DNA of 50,268 nucleotides from Myxococcota bacterium (GCA_040260805.1 JBDQPD010000009.1:1-50268), one strand, 5' to 3'; positions 10,007 to 19,541 are shown, counted from the stretch's first letter. Notes: generated by a model from the sequence alone, not told the origin. Numbers and translations: made by a program.

Positions 10007-10506
10007 TCCGGATCGATCTGCCTACTCGACCCACTGCCGGCCGTTTTGAAGAACGCACCGGCTTACCTGCCTGGTACCCTGTCTTTTTGCTCTTTTGGGC
10101 CGGCATGGGTTGGTTGCTCTATTACGCGATCGGCTCCAACGCTGAGTTCAACGATTTTGAACCCGGTATTTTTACCACCCTTGTTAAGGTCCTCGGCTGG
10201 CTTTACGTGTTATCGATTGGGCTCTCAGTCGAGTGGGGCTGGGAGACGGGAGCAAAAGCGAGAGCCTGCCAGCGCACCGTTATTTTAGGGGTCACCTGCT
10301 CAAAGCAAGAAACCGAAGCGATGTTTCCCTGGACACGGTTCGGGATCGTATTGGTTCAGCTTGGATTTTACAGCGACGATGAGGACCAACAAATCCTAGG
10401 ACCCGATGAGGTTATCGAGTTCGAAGGCTGGGCTGTGTTTCGACTCGTTCTACTCGTCGTTCTGATCTTTTTAGCTGCATTTTTTGAGCTTTATTTGCTC
10501 AGTTAA
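10003..10506 (+). CDS. Small membrane protein (about 3 hydrophobic helices), candidate immunity protein
   Basis: ATGA overlap with the RHS stop codon, hydrophobic segments, locally AT-richer sequence; position typical of RHS immunity genes. Confidence 0.6.
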   Translation: MIRIDLPTRPTAGRFEERTGLPAWYPVFLLFWAGMGWLLYYAIGSNAEFNDFEPGIFTTLVKVLGWLYVLSIGLSVEWGWETGAKARACQRTVILGVTCSKQETEAMFPWTRFGIVLVQLGFYSDDEDQQILGPDEVIEFEGWAVFRLVLLVVLIFLAAFFELYLLS

Positions 10507-12056
10507 GGTTCCCGCAGAGGAATCCCCACCACGTCACGAAAGTCGGGAAACTCGGCGGGCGTCCAGACCACGCCGCTGCTGCGCTCGTAGTACAGATCCT
10601 CGGCGCCATAGACCCAGGCGCTGATCGAGCTCTCACGCCCAGGGCGCGTCCGATACAACCGACCATAGGTGTTCCACTGACTCGAGCTCGAGATGTAATA
10701 ATTGCCCTGCCAGCGCAGCGCGCCTTGCATCTTAGTCTGCGCGCCCATCTTGCCGTCTTGACCTCGGATAATCCCCTCACGGATCACCAACCGGTGGGTC
10801 TGCTCATCCAATAAGAAGTGCATCAAGCGCCCCTGAATCGAGCTCGATTTGTACTCGCCTGCCAGCAACGCGTGAGGCGTTGAGCTGCGATCCAACGAGA
10901 CGAACGAGAAGCTAAAGTTGCAAGCCTCTTCGGGGGCATCGTAGCGCGCCACTTGCGGCACGATGTAGCGGTAACCAAAGGCGTGGCTGACGTTGCCATC
11001 GCGTCCCAAACGGCTGGTGTCGTCGGTGTTGCTGACCCGAGCGATCAAGCTCATATCAAAGACTCGAAAGCCGTTCGCAGTATCGGCGACGTACAGATAA
11101 TCGCCGTACCAAGCCATGCCGCCTGCGTGCAGCGCATCGGTGTCGTTTAAGCTCTTGTGTAAGGGGCGGTAGTTGACCGCGTCGCCCTCACCAAAGGGCA
11201 CCACCAAAAGCATGTGACGGTAGTCGACATCTTGCGGGTCGGTGCGGTCGGCGAGCGAGACCCGCACCCCCTTGGTCGGCCTCGCGTTGGTCTTGTGGTA
11301 CCAGCTGATCAGCTGAAAGCGGCGCCCGTCATGGGTGCCCGAGTCGGTGGCGTCGGACGAGCCGGTCATGCCCTGAGGGTACCAATAGCTGACCTCGTTA
11401 TCGCCCTCGTTCCAGATCCAGCCCTGCCATTGATGGTTTTGCAATCGCGTGGCGTTTCGATTGGTGATCGACGAGCGCCCTTGACGGTTCAAGTCGTTGC
11501 GCAGGCGCGACAAAGGCACCGCGCCGCCAAGGCGTGTGGCTAAGTTCTGAGCCCTGGCTCGCCCTTGCGTCCATTGCGCTTCACTCGGTGGAATCAAACC
11601 AAACGAGCACGCCGAGGTGGCGAGCATAAAATGCTCATCAAGACCAGGCATCCACTGCTCACGGTCACGGCAGTTGCGTGGGTAGGCGCCACAGCCAAAG
11701 CTCTGCCCTGCATCGGGCGAAGCGTCGGGTGGCCCGCTGTCACGAGGTCCCGTATCGGCAGCGGCGTCTGGAGGGGCGGCGTCACGAGCGCCGCTATCCA
11801 AACGACCGGCATCTGGACTCGGCACATCAGGCGCGCCGAGATCTCGAAGCAACGCATCGCCTGCCGATGCATCGAGCGCTGCCCCGACATCGAGGGATAC
11901 CGCATCCCAGGGTGAGGTATCCAAGACGCCAGCGTCGCTCGCCGGCAACACCGCAGCGTCTCTGACGCGGTCGGCGACATCGGCGCCTTCGTTCAGGGCA
12001 TCGGGTTTGCCGCAGGCAGCGAGCAGGAGCAGTAAGGTCAAACAGCGAGTCATCAT
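10503..12056 (-). CDS. Lipoprotein with DAG-rich linker and secreted beta-propeller-like domain
   Basis: Lipobox LLLLAAC; low-complexity DAG/PPDA linker; C-terminal WYPQGMT, YRHMLLV and HAGGMAWYGDYLYVADT motifs. Confidence 0.75.
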   Translation of the reverse strand: MMTRCLTLLLLLAACGKPDALNEGADVADRVRDAAVLPASDAGVLDTSPWDAVSLDVGAALDASAGDALLRDLGAPDVPSPDAGRLDSGARDAAPPDAAADTGPRDSGPPDASPDAGQSFGCGAYPRNCRDREQWMPGLDEHFMLATSACSFGLIPPSEAQWTQGRARAQNLATRLGGAVPLSRLRNDLNRQGRSSITNRNATRLQNHQWQGWIWNEGDNEVSYWYPQGMTGSSDATDSGTHDGRRFQLISWYHKTNARPTKGVRVSLADRTDPQDVDYRHMLLVVPFGEGDAVNYRPLHKSLNDTDALHAGGMAWYGDYLYVADTANGFRVFDMSLIARVSNTDDTSRLGRDGNVSHAFGYRYIVPQVARYDAPEEACNFSFSFVSLDRSSTPHALLAGEYKSSSIQGRLMHFLLDEQTHRLVIREGIIRGQDGKMGAQTKMQGALRWQGNYYISSSSQWNTYGRLYRTRPGRESSISAWVYGAEDLYYERSSGVVWTPAEFPDFRDVVGIPLREP

Positions 12057-12137
12057 CCATCACTAACTACACACAGGGGCATTCCAGCCGCAACCGAGTC
12101 CTTTGCTCGCCGATGATCTCTAGTGGAGCCTTAATCG

Positions 12138-13187
12138 ATGAAGACCACCTTGCGCATCCTCACCCTGAGCTTGCTGACGCTAAGCGCCAGCTGCAGCGAT
12201 CATGACGACGGCATCGGCGGCGGCGGCGATACAGGAAGCGCAGCTCGACTGGATCTGGGCGTCAACCTCGACGCCGGCGCCGCAGCGACCGTCGATGTTG
12301 GCGAGCACTCAGCGCTCGATGCTGGAGGCAACGCGCCGCTCGAAGACGTCGGTGAAGCGATGGATGCCTCGATCGCTATCGATGCGCAGGCGCCCTCAAG
12401 CGACGCTGGCTTTGAGCCAGATGACGCAGGTCAACAACACGCCGACGCAGGAGCCCTACCCCCACCCGCTCTGGGCGCCTCTCACCGTCTGACGAGCCGC
12501 CGATTTGTCTGCGATGGCGAAGCCATCAGCGAGACTGCGCTCACCTGGAATGGTGGGCAGCTGAACCAAGTGTTGGTGCGAGAGTTTGGCGAGGAGAGCA
12601 TGAGATGGACCCTGAGCTGGCGCGAGGGACGACCGGTCTTTGCGACAGGACAAGACAGCGAGGGCAACGCCTACAGCGTGCACTGGAGCTATGCCAACAA
12701 TCTGCTCAGCCAGGCTCGGCTCGATGCGCCTTGGTACGACCTAGATTGGCGATTTACTTACGATCGAGCCGGTCAACTGATCCAGACCCGATTTGTCGAA
12801 ACAGCCGACGGCGAAACGGTTCAAACCGGGGGGCGCTTCGCGCACGGCCCCGACGGACCCAGCTCATTTTCAGGGATGCCGATCACCTATGCCAACGGGC
12901 GACCGGTGACGGTCGTCGGTCAACCGATCACCTATCAAGGTGACCAACTCGACAGCTATCCACGCGGACAGGTCCTTTACCAAAATGGACGCATTCGGAC
13001 CCTCGATGATCAATCAGGCTGCGCGTACACTTATGAATTTTCGCCTGGGGTCCGGGCTGACTATTTTCAGGACAGCATGCCCTTTAGCGACATCGGCTCA
13101 CTGTATCGAGCCGACGGAACCTACCACGGGCAGCTCAACCCAGGTCGGTGGATCTACCTAACCTTGCAGCTGCTCACCGGGGACTAA
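12138..13187 (+). CDS. Lipoprotein with DAG-rich linker and YD-like beta-strand repeats
   Basis: GGAG RBS, lipobox LSASC, DAG repeats, then FTYDRAGQL / ITYANGRP / ITYQGDQL strands. Confidence 0.7.
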   Translation: MKTTLRILTLSLLTLSASCSDHDDGIGGGGDTGSAARLDLGVNLDAGAAATVDVGEHSALDAGGNAPLEDVGEAMDASIAIDAQAPSSDAGFEPDDAGQQHADAGALPPPALGASHRLTSRRFVCDGEAISETALTWNGGQLNQVLVREFGEESMRWTLSWREGRPVFATGQDSEGNAYSVHWSYANNLLSQARLDAPWYDLDWRFTYDRAGQLIQTRFVETADGETVQTGGRFAHGPDGPSSFSGMPITYANGRPVTVVGQPITYQGDQLDSYPRGQVLYQNGRIRTLDDQSGCAYTYEFSPGVRADYFQDSMPFSDIGSLYRADGTYHGQLNPGRWIYLTLQLLTGD

Positions 13188-13188
13188 A

Positions 13189-14142
13189 CTAAGCGGTGCG
13201 GCCGAGCTTCCGAAAGCGCTCGACACGCTGCGAGACCAAGTCATCAGGGCTTAGCATAGCCAGACCATCAAGGGCGCTGGTCAAGGCATCCACGAGAGCC
13301 TGAGCCATTCCCATATGGTCTTTATGGGCTCCGCCGCGCGGCTCACGAATAATGTCGTCAACGACGCCTAGGCTGTGCAGATCGGCAGCCGTCGGCCGAA
13401 GCGCCTGCGCGGCTTGTTGCGCACGCCCCTGCTCACGATACAAAATCGCTGACGCCGCCTCGGGTGAGATCACCGAGTAGACCGCGTGCTCGAGCATCAA
13501 GACTCGATTTCCCACGCCGATGGCGAGCGCTCCGCCCGAGCCACCTTCGCCGATGACCACACAGATCACCGGGACCTTGAGACTCATCATGGCTTCTAAG
13601 TTGTAGGCGATCGCCTCGGCTTGTCCGCGCTCTTCGGCGCCCATGCCAGGATAAGCTCCTGGGGTATCGATCAAGGTCACAATCGGCAGCTCAAAGCGCT
13701 CGGCGAGGCGCATGAAGCGCAGCGCTTTACGGTAGCCCTCAGGGCGCGGCATGCCGAAGTTTCGGCGCATGTTCTGCTGCGTCCCGCGCCCCTTTTGGGT
13801 GCCGATCAACATCACGTTGCGGCCTGCAAGCTTGGCTAACCCACCCACAATAGCGCCGTCGTCACCGAAGTGACGATCGCCATGCAGTTCGGTGAACTCG
13901 TCAAAGGCTAGGTCCGCATAATCTAGCGTGTATGGGCGCTGCGGATGGCGGGACAGCTGGACCTTATCCCAGCGCGTCAGATCTTCGATCAAGCGCTCTT
14001 CGAGCTCACGGTGCGCTTCGTTGAGGCGCTCAAGTGGCTCGGCGAGCTCTGGGTGTCCTGCAACCATCGGCTCCAGGGTTTTGATCCGCTCCTGCAAATC
14101 AGCGGCGGGCCGCTCAAATGGTAGAACATGAGGCTTCTTCAT
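13189..14142 (-). CDS. accA: Acetyl-CoA carboxylase carboxyltransferase alpha subunit
   Basis: RHPQRPYTLDY, ELHGDRHFGDD, FGMPRPEGYRKALR, IDTPGAYPG, GEGGSGGALA; start at ATG 14142 overlapping the cmk stop. Confidence 0.97.
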   Translation of the reverse strand: MKKPHVLPFERPAADLQERIKTLEPMVAGHPELAEPLERLNEAHRELEERLIEDLTRWDKVQLSRHPQRPYTLDYADLAFDEFTELHGDRHFGDDGAIVGGLAKLAGRNVMLIGTQKGRGTQQNMRRNFGMPRPEGYRKALRFMRLAERFELPIVTLIDTPGAYPGMGAEERGQAEAIAYNLEAMMSLKVPVICVVIGEGGSGGALAIGVGNRVLMLEHAVYSVISPEAASAILYREQGRAQQAAQALRPTAADLHSLGVVDDIIREPRGGAHKDHMGMAQALVDALTSALDGLAMLSPDDLVSQRVERFRKLGRTA

Positions 14143-14816
14143 GAGGCTCCCCGATCCTTTGCCCAAGTGACGATGCGATCGACCACCTGGTCAATGGTCA
14201 AACCATCACTGAACAACTCTAGACCATCATCAGCGCACTTGAGTGGGGCGATGGCGCGGCCACTGTCGCGTGCATCGCGCTCCGCGATCTGAGCGGCGAG
14301 CGCCTGCAAATCAACGACCTCACCGGCCGCTTCAAGATCGCCCGCTCGCCGGCGAGCACGCTCCATGGGGGTGGCCGTCAAGAACACCTTTAGTGGGGCA
14401 TCGGGAAAGACCACGGTTCCGATGTCTCGCCCCTCAAGCACAGCGCCCGGCGGACGTGCGCCCAGACGACGCTGCTGGTCGAGCAGCGCTGCACGCACCG
14501 ACGGTTGAGCGCTGACTTTGGAAGCCATGGCGCTGACCTCGGGGGTACGGATCAACCCGGTCACCTCGGTCTCGCCGATAAAGACTCGATTACGGTCGGC
14601 TTCGGTGACGAAGGCGATCTGCGCCTCACGAGCGAGCTCACCGAGCGCGGCATCGTCGTCGGAAGAGACCCCCGCTTGGACGGCGGTGTAACCGATACAA
14701 CGATACAGGGCGCCCGTGTCGACCAAGGCAAAACCTAGACGCTGAGCGACCGCTTTAGACACCGAGCTCTTGCCTGCCCCAGCCGGTCCATCAATGGCGA
14801 TCACAAACCCGCTCAA
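14139..14816 (-). CDS. cmk: Cytidylate kinase
   Basis: IAIDGPAGAGKS P-loop, DTGALYR, EGRDIGTVVFPDA, RDARDSGR. Confidence 0.97.
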   Translation of the reverse strand: MSGFVIAIDGPAGAGKSSVSKAVAQRLGFALVDTGALYRCIGYTAVQAGVSSDDDAALGELAREAQIAFVTEADRNRVFIGETEVTGLIRTPEVSAMASKVSAQPSVRAALLDQQRRLGARPPGAVLEGRDIGTVVFPDAPLKVFLTATPMERARRRAGDLEAAGEVVDLQALAAQIAERDARDSGRAIAPLKCADDGLELFSDGLTIDQVVDRIVTWAKDRGAS

Positions 14817-15928
14817 AGGACCTTCTCACACGCCGCCCAGAGGCGTTCATGCTCTAAGTCCGTCCCGATGTTGACCCGGGCACAATTCGGTAGCCCATAC
14901 CCAGTCATTGGACGCAGGATCACTCCCTGCGCCAAGAACTTAGGATAGAGCGGATCAAAGGGCTGCTTGAAATCCACCAGCACAAAGTTGGTCTGCGAAG
15001 GCCAGGTCGTGCAGCCGTAGCGCGCAAAGCCCTCGTGCAAATCCGGGACCTGGCGAATCACTAAATCTCGCGAGCGCTCAAGGAAGTCATGGTCTTTGAG
15101 CGCCGCAGCGCCTGCGACTTGTGCGAGGCTGTTGCAATTAAACGGCGGGCGGCTTTGGTTGATCGTAGCGATCAAATCCGGCGAGCCGATACCGTAGCCC
15201 ACGCGCACACCAGCCAAACCGTAAGCTTTTGAGAAGGTACGCAGCAGCAAGGTCCGCGGGCGCCCAAGCGCAATCGCCACACCATCCGACTGGTCTTCAC
15301 CGGTCACAAACTCTTTATACGCTTCGTCGAGAATAAAGATCACGTCCTCGGGGAGCTTAGCGATGAGCTCGCCGATCCAATCGGCGCCCACCCACGAACC
15401 GGTGGGGTTGTTCGGGTTGGCTAGAAACACCGCTTTGATCGTCGGGTCTGCTTTGAGCGCTTCAAGCATCGGCTCAATGCGATACTCAAAGTCTCGCTCC
15501 ATCGGCACCTCGACGGTGCGACGGCCATGACTCCAAGAGCAGAGCTTGTAGATGATGAACGTCGGCGTCCAAACGGCGATTTTTTCATCGGGTAAGAGGA
15601 GCGACTTCATCATCAAATCGATGACGTCGTTGCTGCCGTTCGCGGTGATCAAATTCTGATGTTTGAGCCCATAAGATGCGTAGTGCTCGCACAGCGCTTC
15701 TTTAAGGTAATAAGCCGAACCATCAGGATACAAGTGAAGCTCTGAGAGCGCTCCCTTGATGGCTTCGACCGCGAGCGGCGAAGGACCCAAAGAGTTCTCG
15801 TTGCTGGCGAGCTTAGCGATCGATTCAGGGTCGAGGTCATACTCACGTGCCGTCTCTTCGATCGGCTTTCCTGGTGGGTACGCAGGGAGGCCTTCATACC
15901 ACGGTGGTGCAAGAGGTCGCATCGCCAT
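14813..15928 (-). CDS. hisC: Histidinol-phosphate aminotransferase
   Basis: YPPGKP, KLASNENSLGPSP, YPDG, NPNNPTG, DEAY, RTFSKAYGLAGVRVGY; start at ATG 15928 after AAAGGAG. Confidence 0.93.
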   Translation of the reverse strand: MAMRPLAPPWYEGLPAYPPGKPIEETAREYDLDPESIAKLASNENSLGPSPLAVEAIKGALSELHLYPDGSAYYLKEALCEHYASYGLKHQNLITANGSNDVIDLMMKSLLLPDEKIAVWTPTFIIYKLCSWSHGRRTVEVPMERDFEYRIEPMLEALKADPTIKAVFLANPNNPTGSWVGADWIGELIAKLPEDVIFILDEAYKEFVTGEDQSDGVAIALGRPRTLLLRTFSKAYGLAGVRVGYGIGSPDLIATINQSRPPFNCNSLAQVAGAAALKDHDFLERSRDLVIRQVPDLHEGFARYGCTTWPSQTNFVLVDFKQPFDPLYPKFLAQGVILRPMTGYGLPNCARVNIGTDLEHERLWAACEKVL

Positions 15929-15935
15929 CTCTCCT

Positions 15936-16688
15936 TTAGCGCTGTCGCTTCTTAAGCCCGAGGAGCCTTTGTTCAAAGCGTCCGACGAGCGAAGGGTCGT
16001 TTGGTGTTCTAAATCCACCCTTCTTTCCTTCCTTTGCGATCAAGGAAGCCAGCGGTTCAATCGCCGCAGCCAACCCTGTCGCACTTATAGTCTCAACGCT
16101 GACCTCTCGCACCTTTGGGTAGGGCGAATCGAGCAACGGCAAGACCAGCTCAAGCACCTCTTGCCGCTGACTGGCGCCGGGTACGTTCGGTAACACCGCC
16201 CCTGGGGCGTAAGCTAACCACACGCAGACGTTGACGTTCGCTTTGGCTAACCCTTCCACCAAGCACGGCTTTTGGACGCTCCGCAGCTGCTTGACCAAGG
16301 GAGCCAACATCTCAGGTTGATTGAGGCGCCCTGCGGTCTCTGCAGCGTACGCGACGACCGCCGGGTCCTGGTCCTTGAGCTGCGCCTCGACGAAGGGCAG
16401 AAACTTAGCCGACGAGAAGCACGGCGCCGTGTCCATGACCGCCGCTAAGACCTCAGCCCGGCGCTTAGCGTCTGCCTTTGCGCTCAAACGCTCTAGCGCC
16501 TTCCGGATCGGTCCCGCGTCACGGAAGCCATGCCGCTGGGGCCCACGACAGACCCCCTTGAGACTGGCTAACGCTTCGAGTTGCCTTTTGCCGTCTTTGA
16601 CCAAGAGCTGACGCGCCGCTTGAGCGATGCTCTGCGGCTTCGGCAAAGCGCCGAACACCAGCGCGCTGGTCAAGAGCAAATGGATCAC
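15936..16688 (-). CDS. Exported HEAT-repeat protein
   Basis: Hydrophobic N-terminus; LKDQDPAVVAYAAETAG and LLDSPYPKVREVSVETI HEAT-like motifs. Confidence 0.7.
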   Translation of the reverse strand: MIHLLLTSALVFGALPKPQSIAQAARQLLVKDGKRQLEALASLKGVCRGPQRHGFRDAGPIRKALERLSAKADAKRRAEVLAAVMDTAPCFSSAKFLPFVEAQLKDQDPAVVAYAAETAGRLNQPEMLAPLVKQLRSVQKPCLVEGLAKANVNVCVWLAYAPGAVLPNVPGASQRQEVLELVLPLLDSPYPKVREVSVETISATGLAAAIEPLASLIAKEGKKGGFRTPNDPSLVGRFEQRLLGLKKRQR

Positions 16689-17749
16689 TAGATCTCGTCA
16701 AACATGAAGGGCCAGATCGCGTCGATGCGGTCTTGAAACCCTTCAGGGTACAAGTACCAAAGCGCAGCGGCGACCGAGCTGACCAAGGAGTTACCGTCTT
16801 GAGGCGTAAAGCAGAACCCGACGACCTCACGGTTGTTGCGCACGGTGATCGTCGAGGTCGGGACCACGCTCTGGTTGAGAATACGACCGTAAAAGCCATG
16901 GTCTCGACCGAAGCTAAAGATCGAGTTCGAGCTGATGCGATCGGTCATGGCGATCCAATCGTCTGCGCGCATCCGCTCGAGGACCTCTTCGGTGCTGATG
17001 TCTCGACTCATCTCCAAGGCAAAATGCATCTGATGCATGTACTGACTGTTCAGCTTGACCGCCGAGGAAAAGATGTCGGCGTCGTGCCCTAGGGTCTGAA
17101 GCAAGTGCCACGCATCGCGAGCATGGTGCGTCCCGAAGCGTTCATCGCTATGTCCGCCCACTTGAGGGCTGGGAATGAACGACGAGTCCTGGCTGATGTC
17201 ATTGGCGCGACGCATCAGCAGGAAGCGACCCGACTTGAGATCCAATCCGCCCTGATCGTTACCGGTGATGCATTTGACCATACGGGTCAGGTTGTGGGTG
17301 TTGCAGCTGACCACCTGGAGGTAGCGATCCTCGCCGGGAACCAACGACTCATCGTTGATGCCGCGAGCGTACATCTTTCCAAAACCGAACTCAGAGCCCT
17401 GAGCGATAAAGCCTCGAGGGCCGTCGACGTTGCGGTACAGACGCTCTTTGTTGGCGTTTCCTGCAGGTGTGCAGTCGATCACCACCATCGCTCGAGCCAT
17501 CGCTTCATCATGGTTGAAGGCGGGCTTGTGACCAAGCGCCTCGAAGTCGGCGCGGACGTCCGCATCGACCACCAGCTTGGCGCCACGTCGAACCAAGGCT
17601 TCAACCTTAGCTTTTTCACGAGCGATCGGAGTCCGCTTGTGAAAAGTGATGTCATCAATTCCAAACTCATTTCGGAAACGACAGAGCAGCCCGATAAGCG
17701 GCTCACCAATCGTGCCCGTGCCAACCACATGAACGTTACGCCGAGTCAT
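16688..17749 (-). CDS. Archaeal-type (class II) glyceraldehyde-3-phosphate dehydrogenase-like protein
   Basis: GTGTIG Rossmann motif, VIDCTPAG, catalytic-type VVSCNT, RRAND and THHARD; these match class II patterns (VVSCNT, RRxxD, SHHxxD) rather than bacterial ASCTTNCL. Confidence 0.75.
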   Translation of the reverse strand: MTRRNVHVVGTGTIGEPLIGLLCRFRNEFGIDDITFHKRTPIAREKAKVEALVRRGAKLVVDADVRADFEALGHKPAFNHDEAMARAMVVIDCTPAGNANKERLYRNVDGPRGFIAQGSEFGFGKMYARGINDESLVPGEDRYLQVVSCNTHNLTRMVKCITGNDQGGLDLKSGRFLLMRRANDISQDSSFIPSPQVGGHSDERFGTHHARDAWHLLQTLGHDADIFSSAVKLNSQYMHQMHFALEMSRDISTEEVLERMRADDWIAMTDRISSNSIFSFGRDHGFYGRILNQSVVPTSTITVRNNREVVGFCFTPQDGNSLVSSVAAALWYLYPEGFQDRIDAIWPFMFDEI

Positions 17750-17891
17750 GGTCTCTCCCCTTGGGGTTTAAAGGTGGCGCCGCTCTTGCGGGCCGTATGT
17801 CCAAGGTCAACCGAAGTTTTTGCCCGCGCCTCGTGTGTGCGCGAAGCTCGCACCTGCAAGGGCGCCTTGGCGCGTCAGGAGTCCGCACCTT

Positions 17892-19541
17892 ATGTCCGAG
17901 CTATTTGCCGGCAAATACCTGCTTAAAGAACGCCTTGGAGTGGGCGGAATGGCAGAGGTATGGTTAGCGGAACTCAAAGGGCCTCAGGGCTTTTCACGCC
18001 AGCTCGTGATCAAAAGAATTCTTCCTCATCTCGCCGATGACGATAATTTCATCACGATGTTTGAAGATGAAGCCCGGCTGGCCGCCCGACTCAATCATCC
18101 CCACGCAGTCCGCGTCGAAGAGTTCGCTCAAGATGACGAGGTCTGGTACCTCGCGATGGAATACCTCGACGGCGGCGATCTGCGAAAGCTGTCGCGCCAA
18201 GCGCTCACGATCGGCGAGAGCGTACCCCTGCAGGTGCTGCTGCAGATGGGGGGCGACGTCTCCTCTGCTTTGCATCATGCGCACACGCTCAAAGGCGCCC
18301 AGGGGCAACCCCTGAACATGATCCATCGCGACGTGAGCCCACACAATATCTTGGTGACAACCCAAGGCCAAGCCAAGCTGGTCGACTTTGGTATCGCTCG
18401 AGCCGAATCCAATCAGGTCAAGACGCGCACAGGGATGGTCAAAGGTAAGAGCGGCTACATGAGCCCCGAGCAAGCGCTTGGTCGCACTCTAGATGGGCGC
18501 TCAGACCAGTTCGCCCTAGCGATCGTTCTGTACGAGACAGCGCTTCAAGCGAGGGTCTTCCAAGGCGAGAATGATCTCGCGATCATGCGCAAAGTGGTGG
18601 CTTGCGAAATCCCACCCCTTATCAGCCTAGACCCCAACAGCTCACTCGCCTTCTCCGAGGTTCTAGAGCAAGCGCTGCAGCGCGCTCCAGAGGATCGCTT
18701 TCGTGACTGTGAAGCCTTCGCTGCTGCTCTTTACGACTGCCTGGACTCAGCGGGTTTTCGGGGAGGACATCAGCCCGTGGCTGAATGGGTTCAGCGCATG
18801 GGCACGGTAGACGGTAAGCTCACCAAACTGCCGGGCTTGGACGAACGCCGTGAGCTCGGCGGGGCGCTCGAAGAAATCACGAAGATTAGTCGCAGTCGAA
18901 GCGCCATGAACCCTTCGGTTCGGTCTCAGCGCAGCCAAGCTGCTGCCGGGCGGCTGTCCTCGCCAACACCCACGCCACGGCGCACAACCGAGCACCAGAC
19001 CTCCTGGCTGCCGCTCGCGCTCGGAGGCGGATTGCTGGTGCTGGGTCTGATCGCTTTCGGGCTCCTGTCCAACACCGATAACGCCCCTCAAGACATCGAC
19101 TCCGCAAGCCGGGTGGCTCCCACTCAGGTGACGGAACAACCAGCCGTCGAACCGCCACCGACAGCGCCCGTAGTCCAACAACCCAAAGAGCGTCCGGCGC
19201 CAGCCCAGGCTCCACCCAAGCAAGCCGCTCAGGTGGTCAAAACCCCAACCAAAGCGAAACCCAAAACGGCTCGCAATGCGCCAGCAAAGCTGACAGCCAA
19301 GGCAGCGCTCAAGGTGATTATTCGTAAGCGCGACCGCCCTGAAGACTGGGGTGTGGTCTACATCGACGGAAAACTAGTCCGTGGCGATAACCCCTCAAAA
19401 GTCCTCTCGGTCGGCAACCACAGCGTATGTGTTGTCAACGCTGAGATGGGCATTGCGTGGCGCCGAAAGGTGGCGCTGCCAGCGACGGGCACCCGAGTGT
19501 ACGTCAATATGATCGACGCCAAGCCAGGCTCATGCCCCTAG
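17892..19541 (+). CDS. Membrane Ser/Thr protein kinase (Hanks type) with extracytoplasmic PEGA-like tail
   Basis: LGVGGMAEV, VIKRI, HRDVSPHN, DFGIA, YMSPEQ; one TM helix; Pro-rich linker; VYIDGKLV...LSVGNH. Start ATG 17892. Confidence 0.92.
   Translation: MSELFAGKYLLKERLGVGGMAEVWLAELKGPQGFSRQLVIKRILPHLADDDNFITMFEDEARLAARLNHPHAVRVEEFAQDDEVWYLAMEYLDGGDLRKLSRQALTIGESVPLQVLLQMGGDVSSALHHAHTLKGAQGQPLNMIHRDVSPHNILVTTQGQAKLVDFGIARAESNQVKTRTGMVKGKSGYMSPEQALGRTLDGRSDQFALAIVLYETALQARVFQGENDLAIMRKVVACEIPPLISLDPNSSLAFSEVLEQALQRAPEDRFRDCEAFAAALYDCLDSAGFRGGHQPVAEWVQRMGTVDGKLTKLPGLDERRELGGALEEITKISRSRSAMNPSVRSQRSQAAAGRLSSPTPTPRRTTEHQTSWLPLALGGGLLVLGLIAFGLLSNTDNAPQDIDSASRVAPTQVTEQPAVEPPPTAPVVQQPKERPAPAQAPPKQAAQVVKTPTKAKPKTARNAPAKLTAKAALKVIIRKRDRPEDWGVVYIDGKLVRGDNPSKVLSVGNHSVCVVNAEMGIAWRRKVALPATGTRVYVNMIDAKPGSCP

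Noticed and set aside
1..13187. Mobile element boundaries around the accessory region
   Set aside because: No integrase, transposase, tRNA or terminal repeats visible in the window.
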